A DNA stretch of 64,000 nucleotides from NCBI GenBank assembly GCA_963924565.1, contig OZ004611.1, forward strand, positions 26,412,001 to 26,476,000, read 5' to 3'. Position numbers and translations under genes: made by a program. Positions 1-16,500 of this stretch are shown piece by piece (positions within the stretch are counted from its first letter, which is position 1; each line of letters opens with the position of its first letter). This stretch comes from Ascidiella aspersa (lineage: Eukaryota). The notes beneath the pieces were generated by a model. It was not told the DNA's origin. It worked only from the letters and a program-made list of their open reading frames with translations, and ran no database searches.

Positions 1-155
1 TATAACATTCGACATAAAACTTTTTCTGCGATCGTAAATCCCTACAGTTATCCGGCCCGCGACAGTTAGGGCGTAACAGTTAGGCTATTCGTCCTTTTAT
101 GAAAAAAGTTTCGTGACCGCTAAGTGAAGTCATCACAACACATTAGCACATTTAC

Positions 156-2134
156 CTGCGTGTAATGGCCGCACTTTTTGCCGGCGTCGCACGTTCGTTC
201 GTTGTAGTGAAAATACTTGGTCTCATCAAACCAGAGTTGAACCGCTGTGGAAGGTTGGAACGAAATGAGCGGGCGTCGCGAAACGTATATGTTTTCTCCG
301 ATGCTGAAAAACAATAACTGCCGAATAGTCCCTTTTGCGAGGCAAATAAAACTGATAGATAAAACAAAAAATCTAACATTCGCTCAGCTGTGGGTGATCT
401 AAAAACCGAAGGGCAAAACCGCTAAGGCATAAAGTTACCCGATAAGGAAAAGATAATTTCGCCAGAGTACGTTCAAGGTATTACTAAAATCACGCAAGTT
501 AAGCCCAATTTAGGCACATTTAAACGGTGATAAATTAATTTTAATGATTTTTGGCTGATTTATTTCAGTATCGAGCAGTTTCCAATATTTGGGTGTAGTT
601 TTCAGTCTGGTTCACAAATTACGCACGCCTATTTTTGTTATGAAGTAGTCCTATTATCAAAAAGGTGGCAAAAAAATCTTTAAAAACGACATTTGTATGT
701 AAGTTTTGGCGATGATACTTTATATCCAATTTGCGTCATAGATGCTACATTGCGTAAATACATTTATGTTATACATAATACATCACATTTAGAATCAATT
801 TTGTATTCTTTCTTTTGAACCATACTTCTTTCATTGCAAAGCCAGTAGACTATGGCCATAAAAATATTGCCCCAAACAAAAAGTCTTAATTATATTTATC
901 TATACCTGTTGTGAAACACAGAATGATCTGCTTTTTGGTTGTGCGAAAACTGGCATTTCTGTCCGTAATCCCGCGCGATCTTTGCAAGTTCAGAATCCCA
1001 CGTCTGTCAAAATATGTGGCTTATCATGTTTTAACAAATAAAAGGACTAGGCATGTATTAATCATATAGGTCTACTGAACTTGGGTAACAGAATATGAAT
1101 AAAACGTAAGAAAAATGTCGATTTCAGTGATAGATCTGTTTAATTGGATTTTTTGCTCTGTTGACACATTTTTAGTAAAATTAGCGCCTGTCTTTAAATC
1201 ACCATTTTAACCTGACGACGTCAAAATTGAACACTCCGGTGTTTTAATTAAAAACAATTATCTTGTGGACTTGTAGAGTGAACATTTAATCAAATATGAG
1301 CTAGAATCTATTCAATAATTCTAATACTACTTTTATCAAGGTACGTCACTTATATTATGAAAGTATTGACATGGTTGTAGCTGTAGGTATAGTGGGAAAA
1401 TTATGTCAATTGTCACTCTCTTGGAAGACTTTGGCGTCAGTTGTATTTGAACTGCTACGTATTTTTATTTTATGTTGAGCCTTTGGCATCAGTTGTATTT
1501 CTACTGTAGGTCGGGAAGTTGCTACCTTGCTTTCTACATACATAAACGATCCAAGACTGACTTGTAAATTTTGTGTAGTATTTTACTAAACCCCCTTAAC
1601 AAGTTTCTGCGGATCTGGGTGGTTAAAAATAAGTGATTTTACCAAGTATCTCATGTTGGACGACGATCTTGTAGCACGAAGCGTGTTGTGAGCATCAACA
1701 ATCTCAGTTATCTGATCGTCGGTCAAATGAACCTCCAAGGGGCCGCTGCCTGGTTTTGCCTTCGGGAAGAACAACACTGTTTATTTGCCAATCATGGTAG
1801 CCTACAGGGCAATATTTGCCGAAATATCAAGTTTCAAAGATAGGACTTAGTCTTAATCTGAAACCAATTTGTGGCATAATGTGGTGGTGCAGGGCAATTT
1901 ATAGCTTTAGATTTGAGCCGTAGTTTAGATTTCACAAGTAGTAGAATCCAACTCACACTTTTATTGCCCAAACAAATCAGTTTTTCTTAACGTTTTAGTG
2001 TCGTTAGCGGTGAAAGAATTTTTCGATTTAAACATTTAAAATTAAAGCCTGCTATATCCAGTAATGAATAAACAATATAATAAAACATTAATTGCATTCA
2101 AATAAACTTTACAAAGCCAAACAATTGGAAGCAT
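156..2134 (-). CDS. Secreted CAP-superfamily (SCP/PR-1; PI16/GLIPR1/CRISP-like) protein, 5' part; continues beyond the left edge
   Basis: Phase-compatible GT-AG exons 2134-2113, 1776-1643, 1003-906 and 303-156 give MLPIVWLLLFFPKAKP...IVDAHNTLRA...MRYLTWDSELAKIA...CQFSHN...SIGENIY...WFDETKYFHYNERTCDAGKKCGHYTQ. This has a signal-peptide-like start plus the CAP motifs HN..R, W...LA, GEN and CGHYTQ. A likely 5'UTR exon has its donor near 2333 and acceptor near 2168. Confidence 0.85.
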
Positions 2135-4304
2135 GGATACCACTTTTCGTTTTTTTTAATATGGCGTCTGATATTATTGTCAGAATTACACTCCGAATTT
2201 TGTTGTTATTTATGGGTAAAAGCACACATATTATGAACCACTAGTCTAAATGTACTTTTAAACTTCAACCTCCTTGTCAATTGTCGCATCTCTAAAACTC
2301 GTCATAAATTTAAGACCGACTATAATAACTCACCTTTTGCGCAGTTGTCAGTTGCAAATGGAAACATACCGCAAGAAGGAGTACAATATGACTTTTATAA
2401 CTGGTCGGCGGCATTAAGTATGCTTGCTTGCTTGTTGCAGCGCCTAAATCATGTCAACCCGCTCTATTTCGGTCTGTCTGGACACCTTGAATTCCATGTA
2501 AGCAAATGTGACGGAGAGTCTCTGTACGCCCGTGGATTCAGACTGAATGGGAAACGGAAATGATGTGACGTTGCTTGAAATGTCGTGAACGCCCGACTTC
2601 CCAGGCTTTATAAAGAATTGAGAAAGTTGCCTTTTCGGGCGCTGCAGTTTCTTTTACCTTTCGGCGTTCGGTTCTGTTAATGTATTTGCCAATCGGGCTT
2701 TGATTGCCCCCAATCAACGGCATTAGGGACGCAAATCTTAACTTGAGATCGGTCCTATACTGGTTTAGATTTTTCAACATTTAAATCGCTATGCGATTTT
2801 TTGTTTGCAATGCTTTTGTAGCAAACTGTTAAGCATAAGTCGTTTCAGTTTTGAAAATACGAGTGTTTAATTAATATGTCATCATCAGTGTTACCTTTAA
2901 ACGTACGACCCGACGCAGGAAAATGACCTGTCGCGCTGTTGCAGAACTAGCCATTTATCAAGATTCTTAATAGAGCTAGACAACTCGTATAAATTCTTAA
3001 AAAGAACGAAACAAGAAAAAAATCTGTAAATTGAATGCTTACTTTTGTCGTACTCCTAAACTGAATGCCTACTTTCTTACTTCTTCTTATATAGTTGCTT
3101 TCATCCACAAAGTTTGTAATTTATTACAGACTCTGCTAAACTCCGGTCGTTATTTACCGTTCCTAAACAAGAGGCTTAAAAATGATTATGCCCACAGCCA
3201 CATTTAGCGCTGTATGCAAATGTTGTTAATAATATCCTATCTCGCCACCCAAACTATTTCTTTTCTCTTTCTTTATTTTCTGGCAAATACGCCTAAACAC
3301 TAATATCAATTTCTGAAGTTGATTACAATATTTTCTCCTCTGGGAAATGGCCTTTAGGGTAGACGCATCTCGTCCTAGTGAAGTAAAGCAATTTTACGTC
3401 TTGATCGAAAAATAAGTTAATCGCGCAGGTAAGTCGCTTCAGTGGTTAAGCGGCACTTATCCGTTTAGAGTAGACCTATTTTGAATACCGGTAGGCCTAC
3501 GCTCTTTGTGGTCCTATATTGGGCTAACTCTTGGTGCTCGTTGGCTATAGGCCTAGACACGTCAAGGTTTCGTGGTCATATTTAAAGTATAAAATTAAGC
3601 TATTTGATAGTTTAAACGTAAAACTTTTAAAAAAATTCATAACGTACGGAAAGGTGACCAATAGGCCTACGTTGCGCAGGTTTATGTCACATTTCACCAA
3701 CTGTAGTGAATTCGGTGCAAAGTGTGTATGACGTAAACTGATTTTTTTGTTCAGTTTCACCAAACTGATCTCTATTTCGGTTACCAGTTTCCAATTGGTC
3801 ATGTTTTCTGATATGTGATTGTCATTTGTGGTATACTACTTGCGATATAATTAAGTCCTTAATTTTACCAAAAAAACTTTTAATTTTTGGTCACAATTTT
3901 CTTATTTTAGTGATTTGTGATAATTTTAAAGGAAACACCACTTTTCTCAATCCTGGTATGTATCCTGTTAAAAGTTCTTTCACGGTAAGGTTGCGTTATT
4001 TGCCATAGATGTGAATTATAATTCGTTTCGGTACCAGTTGCTAATTTTTATGTAGTGAAAAAGGAAAACTTTAGCTTATGTCTTTTGAGGTGCTTGTTTC
4101 AACAGATGACGTTTAGCACATGGTTGTACTCTGCAGGACGGAGCTGATTTCTAGGATTAATATCCTAGTTGGCAAAAAAGATCACAAAAAAATAAAGCGC
4201 AGCGCAGGTCACCGAACAGTGTTTGATTAGGAAGCGTGCTAACATTTCGTTATTAACATATTGCCTAAGTTTATTGAAATGTAGGTTGTTTCTAGTGTTA
4301 TCAG

Positions 4305-5088
4305 TAGGGATGTTCAAAGTAGAATACCAAGGTATTCTAGAATAATAGGTTTCGAATCTAGAATAACGAATCCAGAATAGCGAATCCTAGTATATTTTTA
4401 TTAAATTATTTAACCTCGATTTTGTTTGGGGAAGGAATTAATCTTAATCTATCCTACAGGGCCCAGAATCACAGCAATAAATTGCCCAAACAATTTGCTA
4501 ACATGTGTACATTATAATGAAATAATCTCCCATATGTTTAACATTCTTAACAATTGTCATTTGAAGCAGTTCTGTAAACTGTAATATATTAACTGTCCAG
4601 GTTGTTGCCAAAACTTATATTTATGCCAGTAGTGAGTACAATGAAACCCTGCACACAGAACTTTTTAGCAATTCAGTCCTGTTTTTTAAAACATTGTTGG
4701 GTCTTAGTGCTTCTTTTTAGACTAACATGATCTGTTATGCAGTCAAATAATGTACTGCAAAGAATATAAAGTTACTATTGACATAATTAATACTTGACAA
4801 ATACGCTGTGCATAACTGCATAACCTCTCTTAATATTGGCCTAAAGTTGACCTTAAGTAACCCTATAGCGCATTTTGTGAACGGCCAGCACGTTTTACAA
4901 TGTAATTTTACTTTTGCAACGTAACGCATTTAGGGAAATTGGGAACACCGCACCTGACATTACACGTTAGTCGCTTGCCCAATAACGCCTGATTGACACT
5001 TAATTATTAGACGAACATTATCGTGAGACGTGGTAAGAAAAAACGCTGACACTGCACTACCAGGTTACATTTAAAGCAAGCACTATAA
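4305..5088 (+). mobile_element. hAT-type MITE, 3'-truncated copy of the element at 15831-16561
   Basis: Starts with the same TAGGGATGTTCAAAGTAGAAT terminus and is colinear with 15831-16382. It has an extra ~200 bp internal segment and no right TIR. Confidence 0.8.
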
Positions 5089-6269
5089 AGAAACAAAACA
5101 AATATGAAATCAAAAGTTGCATGTTTGTGCTGAAAGTTACATGTTTTCTAAACATCTAAAAGTAAATCTATAGTTTTGTCTGTTACGTTGCAGTCGTAAA
5201 TGTAGGTTAACATGCTATTTTTGCATGCCAGAAACTTTTTTTTTAAATGATGTTTAATATGGTCTTTAAAAAATGTTTTTATGCAATTAGAAATCAGGTA
5301 ATCAACGTAAAAATAGACATTTTAACTGGAATAAAAACAACTACAAGCAACACATGCAGAATCGTTGATGTATAAAAGTGCTAAATTTAGTTTTAATGTA
5401 AAGCCAAAAGATTGTTTAAACTCGATTTGCGTAAGATTTAATATCATAGTCCTGTTGATGTTTAATGTTCTCATTAAGTTTTTTGAAAAGTGTTGTTTAT
5501 AATTTTATATGTCACAAGAAAATATCTATGCTACACAATTTAATTATCTTGATTTAACAAGAATAAAATGTGGCTTGTTCATTATAAAAAGCTTAATACT
5601 AAAAATAAATCTATGTTTTTTACTAATAGTCACCTAAAAGTTAGCAATTTGACACAAAATTTTATAACAATTCTAAAAAAATCTTGCAATACCACTTTGT
5701 TTCCAAGTATAATGAAAAAGCCCATCTTTGTGACAGGTCATATTTACTTATATTTTGCAGTATCCCACTCTATGATGTTTCATTTTTAACAGTAATGTGT
5801 TTTATAGCATGCTTCAACTACATTCAATACTTTGTTGACACAAAGATTTATGCCATTTTATTCTTACTGTAAAATTATATAATGCCTGTGCAAGAAAGGA
5901 AACTTTATATTGTAAAATCACCATGCTGGGGACAATTTTCACATATAATATTGCTGACCCAGATATCGAGAAGGGATATACACCGAAGATCCGTTGCACG
6001 TTGTTTATAGACAAATTTTGGGTTCCTGCAGACACAGTATAAGACCAGTCTGCAATTCATGGCATTTCAATTGAAATCGGGTGGTCTATGCCACATGGTG
6101 CAAAAGTGTGCAACTTTATTTAAAAACACCTTGAGTTGGTACCTGTCATGTAAACGCAGATTGGGTCAAAAAAAAATTTCTCTGATTTCAGATTACTGCT
6201 TAAGGATTAAAAAGCGTTAGGTAATTTAGTGTTTGCCCCTAAATATTGCAAACTCTCAGGAGTGCTAAA

Positions 6270-10306
<4,037 letters not shown>

Positions 10307-12074
10307 GAGAACCTAAAGTCCGTGACATCCCCCTTGACCAAGAAAAATAACTTACTATACTGTCTATGCTTGTACTCAGTTACATTTATTCAATGTGCAC
10401 CTAACTGTTGCTAGACATGCGCTAGTCTCGTTGTAGCAGAGCATTTATAAGGTTAGGTATGTATTTTTAAGTGAGACTATTCTCATTGTTGTTGTAACCA
10501 TTGCTTTACTCATTATTTGGTGCTGCATCCATCCTTGTACAAAGGCTATGTGGGTTTGCGTTGCGTTTTGCCCATCCTTTTGTAAAGTAGGCATTGCTGA
10601 CATAGACAACAAAGGAAATAATTTTGATATAGCATGTAGGAATTCTTTGTGCAATATATTTTGTCAGTGCAACTGTTACTAAGCATCATCTTTCAAATTT
10701 TAAATTAATATTCATACACATTGAACAGCTACACTTGGTTGTCATCCATTTAATTCTGCCATCTTTACTCTGAGGCCCAACATTTGAAAATTGTTTGGAA
10801 GTAAATCGGTAATTTGATGTCATTTATGGTTATAGTGGTAATGAAAGGAAAATATGTTATCTGATCAGTTGTATCTCAGAAAAATGTCTGTTTGCCATTT
10901 GTAAAATTTATAATTATAACTCAATTTATGTAATAACAATTTCTTTACGATCGTCTTTTTTATTGTTGAATGACAGTCGGTACTGAGTTCCTTAAGTTTT
11001 CTGTGATGTTAAGATGCTTGTAGGCATTATACAAATACAAGTTGACAGACACATGTAGTATAGCCTGGGGCAGTTTTAACTGGCTTGTCTAGTTCTGTTT
11101 CCAGAGTGTTTAACTCTTTTACTCTGTTACACTACTATGAATAATATAGTTTGCTTTTTGTTTCGAACAGTAAATGCCGAACCTTAGGATTGCTAATGAA
11201 ATTTTGTGTGCATACAAAAATGTATTATTGATTGTATTTAACTAACAGCGATTTATAGTCTATCGCTAGTTAGAAAATCTTTATTTTGAAATTTTATTTA
11301 TTGTCAATATATATATTGTTGCATCTGTAAAACTTTATACCAACGCTATTTAATACTGAAGCAAATCAAAGCATCATCTACTGCTCATAGACTTAATACC
11401 ACACATTTTTTGTTCAATACAAAATCCCACCTCCCCATGTACCATGTATGTTTTTATATATTGTTGTGTTCAGAAAATATGATTATATTTTCTGTGTTCT
11501 TCGGTGTACATGTATTTAGAACTTACAATTTAGTGCATTTATTTCTGCAAAGGCAATGCTGCCATCACTTGTAGATTGAACCGCTTAATTCGCAAACCAT
11601 GCTATGTAGCATACACATAACATAGGGGGTGCCTATTGTTTCGTCCAAAACTAGGCATTTCAAAAAATGTGTAAATTTCAAAAATGGGGTGTAATTCTGC
11701 GAAAATGTATATGAACATCCCTAGATATGGTTATATAACTCATCTCTGAATTTTTCTTCCTATCAAGTGAACAGATTTTATGTCTTTGAACAGTTTGGCC
11801 TGTTCTAAGCTGTTTATATCTACTCTGAAACAATTTACAGTAAAAAAGTCTTTTATGTTACAACAGAATTCCAACATTAATTTTATTGTCGATTTTAGTC
11901 ATTCTGTTTTTTTCGACACTCCCAAAATATTTTTACTCGCTTTGTTATGACACAATTCTTTTCCTAAAGCTGATTAACATTTTTCAAATTCAATTGGCGA
12001 TCCATTATTATGGATGGCACTATTGTTATTTGCCGTGCCCAATAATCAGTTTATTGTACATAATACCCTGTTGA

Positions 12075-12088
12075 AATAAACAATAAAA
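12075..12088 (+). terminator. Probable GOLPH3 polyadenylation signals
   Basis: Two tandem AATAAA hexamers ~1.8 kb after the stop codon, followed by GT/T-rich sequence. Confidence 0.5.
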
Positions 12089-13050
12089 CAGGATATGCTG
12101 TCTTTCATTGTTTCTGTAGGATTAAGCTCATGCAGGTTATCTTTGTAATACTCCAATGAATGTTATACAAAATGTTAGTTAAAAATGAATTACGTTTTGC
12201 TAAAGTGGATTTTTTAGTTACTGTAGGCTATTAAAAAAAAGTTTCCTCAAGCAGTCATTCCGACCTGCTTGACGTGATGATTTTGGCGAAGACCAAAATT
12301 TTAGTCCATTGAAATGTTTAATAAGGGTTTATGTTATGTTTTTAAATCGTTTGAATGACTTTAATTCAATCAAATCTATTTTGCAATGCTGTGACTTGTA
12401 TTGCGCACTATTTCATTGTTTTTAACGCTGGTAGTTAATTTTATATTTCACCATTTGAAATTACATATCGGGATCTTCTTTTGTGATTTTAGGACCTGGC
12501 ATTACATATTTTAAAGCATATTTTAATGATTGGTAAACCCACAAAAGGGAAGCAAAAACGTGATGCATATGCAAACAATAAAATAGTGAAGTAACGTCAT
12601 CCATGAGGGAAAAATGATGTTAAACAAAACATTTAGTTGTGACATAGGTTTTTTTTTTCTGTGTTTATCACAATTATACCATAGTATTTTAGTAGATAAC
12701 AACGTATCGTAAATCTTTTTGGTTTCGCCAATAACCCCAGCCAAAGTAACTTGTTTAAATCTCATTACCCCAACCAAAATTATTTCAGTTTGATTTTGCA
12801 CGCCTAAACGATTTCTCCGGTGTCACGCATCATCGCATCCATTGTAAACAAGAATTTCACTTGGCGATGTAATTTTATATTCCAAAATGGAATATAATAC
12901 CGTTTGCTCTTGAAAGAAGTAATACAACTACTTCAATTTTATATTTCGTAGTTTTAGTAAAAAAATTGTTCACGTGTTTCACCAGCCACTGATAAACTTT
13001 GTAAACTTATTGGCTTATTCCCTTTTCTATACACGTGTTAGTACTTAGTA

Positions 13051-13255
13051 GGGCGCTCGTCTAGAATCCTACCACAACGTTGAAATTATTATTAAGCAAT
13101 GCATAATATGTGGGTTAGGGTGTCGGTTAGTGTTTGGGTGTGGGTAGGTCAAGTAATATTGTTTAACACTATTACTGGACTCACCCAAACCCAAACGCTA
13201 ACCGGCACCCTAACCCAAATAATGTTCGTTGTGGTAGGATTCTAGACGAGCGCCC
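13051..13255. mobile_element. Fold-back MITE with telomere-like arms, upstream of TEP1
   Basis: Perfect 29-bp TIR GGGCGCTCGTCTAGAATCCTACCACAACG; second internal inverted pair GGGTTAGGGTGTCGGTTAG / CTAACCGGCACCCTAACCC; flanking 6-bp direct repeat TTAGTA. Confidence 0.85.
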
Positions 13256-13514
13256 TTAGTAGTTCTGGCTTTCCTTGGTTCAGTTTAAAAAATATTAATT
13301 AATTTATTTAAAAAAAATGCTATTTTCCAGCCTTTACATAGAAAAAGTTTTAGCATGGATGTTCAAGAAAATCTAGCTGTATTTTCCTTAAATATGCGAC
13401 TTTTTATGACTTATTTACTTTCTTTCCAGAATCAAGTTTTCTGCAAATTTAAATGGTTTATAGGAGTGGACAATCTTCTCATTGAAATAGTTAAGTACTA
13501 CTTTCTTGCTAAAA

Positions 13515-16500
13515 ATGAAGCTGACTAATGATGATCTGCTCAGGAACAATATTCTGCAAGAAAGTCCTTTGGTTTTGTTGCCAAGCAACACAAAGCCAAA
13601 CTGTGTTCTCCAGAGCAGCCTATTGGAATCGGATACAAGAAACCTCTTCCTGGAAAACCATTCACTAGTTTCTCAGCAGACACAACAAGGCAATGTCAAA
13701 TTGCAATCAAATACAAAGGCCAAAGATTTAAAAAACGCATCATTGACATTAAGTCTTACCACGACACCACATCATTTGAGCCTCCAACTAAACAAGTCTT
13801 ACTTATCAAACTTTCTCCTTCAAGATTTCTCTCTAAAAACAAGTCTTAAACCGATGCAAAACACTCAAAATTATCAATTAATGTCTCTCACTTCGAAAAG
13901 CCTGTCTAATCCTTATAAAGATATGCTTGCTTCAAGTTTAAATTCACAACAAAGAAATCCACCACATTCACTCTGTGAAAGCAATGTTCAACATTCAAAG
14001 ACAAGAGGTCTTCATGAATCTAAAAAGTCTGATAATTTCGAAGCCAGTTTGGAAAAGGTATTATTTCGGAATTTTTATGTTTAGATTGTTAGATATGAGG
14101 TCATTAATGCATAGAAATTCAAATTTGAAAATATGTTTACCTGTTTTTCTATATTTATTCAAGTTTAGAAAGTGGTTATTTAACTGGATCATTATTTTAT
14201 GCTTGCCCCAATTGATTATTTATTAATTTGGGTTAGTGTTTTGCTTTGGGTGGTGGTAGTATTGCATTTAACTTTCTAAGTTTTGTATATTTTCAATGTT
14301 TTTCTTTCGTTAGTCATTATATATCAATTTGAACTACTTTGTTGTTGAGGTGAACAGCCTATTCCTTAAATATATGCCTGCTATCTCATAGTTCATGTCG
14401 TAGTTTGATTTATTATATAATATTACTTATTTACGCAGGTTTCAAGAAAGTGGCAATTAGAGAAAGGACTTCTCCTCGAGCAGTACTCTTTAACTCCAAA
14501 TAGCGATCCAGTTCAATTTACCTATCCTGCTTCTCCGTTGTCCGTCAAACTTAATGACTTGAGTCAGGATCCAGTATTCCAACTAAAGGTAATTGCTTTT
14601 GTAGCTGAAATATTGAGTTGGGGCATTATTGCTTACCATCAGTATGGCAGAAAAGCTGGCGACCTGGACTATGTTGGCCGAAGAATCAGACAAAAAAACG
14701 AAGAAATCGGCCAAAAAAAGTTTTTTTTTTTAAATTAATTTTTTTTATTATTTTTTTAAAAGATCAATTTTCCAAAAATAACTTGTGCTTGTTCTATACA
14801 TATTCAATCAAATATATTTTCAAAATGATTTATATATAGGAACATTATGCACTAAAATTGGCAATAATTGATTTTTTTGTGCCATTCTGAAAAAAAGTTA
14901 TGAAAGTATGAAGCACGTTTTTCGCAGGGAAAAGCCAGTGTTATCAAGGATGTACCAGGCCATGCTTCTCCACTTAAGGCTTAAACTATATTTTGAGCTG
15001 TTTTAATTATGTAAACTTAAAAAAATTGCGCTTTGCGCAAACTCCTACCTCTTTTCGCTGTGGTTGTGTCTCTCTCTCCACAATATATATTTTCCAAAAG
15101 GTACAATCCATACTATGGTATGTTGCACTTCACTGTGTGATTCTAATTAAAAAAAAACAATTTCTAATAACTTGGATTATAAATATCGTTCAACAAAACT
15201 CTGTTAGAGTTAAGCAGACATGTGCACCTCTAGTCCCCACTGTACTTTAGCATACCCCTTATGTTTTGCTTTATGTCCCACAAAAATTGCGCAACTTTTT
15301 GCTAATTCATTTACTTGTTAACAGTCTTGTTTATCGTCTAAACATGGCAAGGTTGATAGATTCCTTAGGCGTACACATCATTTAAGTTTAGGGCGCGATA
15401 AAAAAACGAAGAATTTATCCAAAAAATGCATGGTACTGTACTTGGCTTTGTTCAGTTGTTGCAGCATGTCTACTATCTAGTTTATCTAGAGCAGTCGTTA
15501 ATGGATTTATTTTTAAAGTGGCCTATTAATTAAGTAATGATATTTCAAACCCCAATATTAGAATTTGAAAAAGTTATTATATACATTATGAAATGAATGT
15601 TGAATATCACTAGTCTGTAATCTGACCATGTTAAAAGTTTGTTCGGTCTTATTGTGTTTTAATCTTGTTTTAGGCAAAGTTTATTAATATCGTGAGCGCC
15701 TCCCTTATCTCACTTCCCAACTTTTCTTCATTGAATGATGAGAAGTGCTTTGTGATTTACAAGATGGTGGAGGAAATGGCGGAATGCGATCCGGAATTTG
15801 TCCTCAAGGTTAAATCACTTATCTACTGTTTAGGGATGTTCAAAGTAGAATCCCAAGGTATTCTAGAATAATAGGTTTCGAATCTAGAATAACGAATCCA
15901 GAATAGCGAATCCTAGTATATTTTTATTAAATTATTTAACATCGATTTTGTTTGAGGAAGGGATTCATCTTAATCTACCCTACAGGGCCCACAATCACAG
16001 CAAGAAATTGCCCAAGCAATTTGCTAACATGTGTACATTATAATAAAAAAAATCTCAAAGTTGCTATTGACATAACAATACTTGACAATTACATTGTGCA
16101 TAACTGCTTACCCTTGCTGAATATTGGCCTAAAGTTGACCTTAAGTAACCCTATAGCGCACTTTGGGAACGGCCAGCACGTTTTACAATGTAATGTTACT
16201 TTTGCAACTTACGCATTTAGGGAAATTGCAAACTCCGCACCTGGCATTACACGTTAGTCGCTCACCCAATAAGGCTTGATTGACACTTAATTATTAGACG
16301 AACATTATCGCGAGACGTGGTAATTCGCCAGAAAAAACGCTGACACTGCAGTACCAGGTTACATTTAAAGCAAGCACTGTAAATTGGTCGCCGCAGCGAC
16401 ATGTCAACTTACCACACGCGTTTGTACAATTAGGCGTAACAATCGGCGGCAAATCATTAAATTATATCGGTTCCAATTACCCGAAATAAACGGCAGAATT

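Noticed and set aside
13200-13220. CCCTAACCC as a telomerase RNA template next to TEP1
   Set aside because: It is one arm of a TIR/TSD-bounded palindromic MITE; no pseudoknot or H/ACA context was seen.
12088-13429. GOLPH3-TEP1 operon
   Set aside because: About 1.3 kb separates the polyA signals from the TEP1 acceptor, leaving room for an independent promoter; there is no direct evidence of polycistronic transcription.
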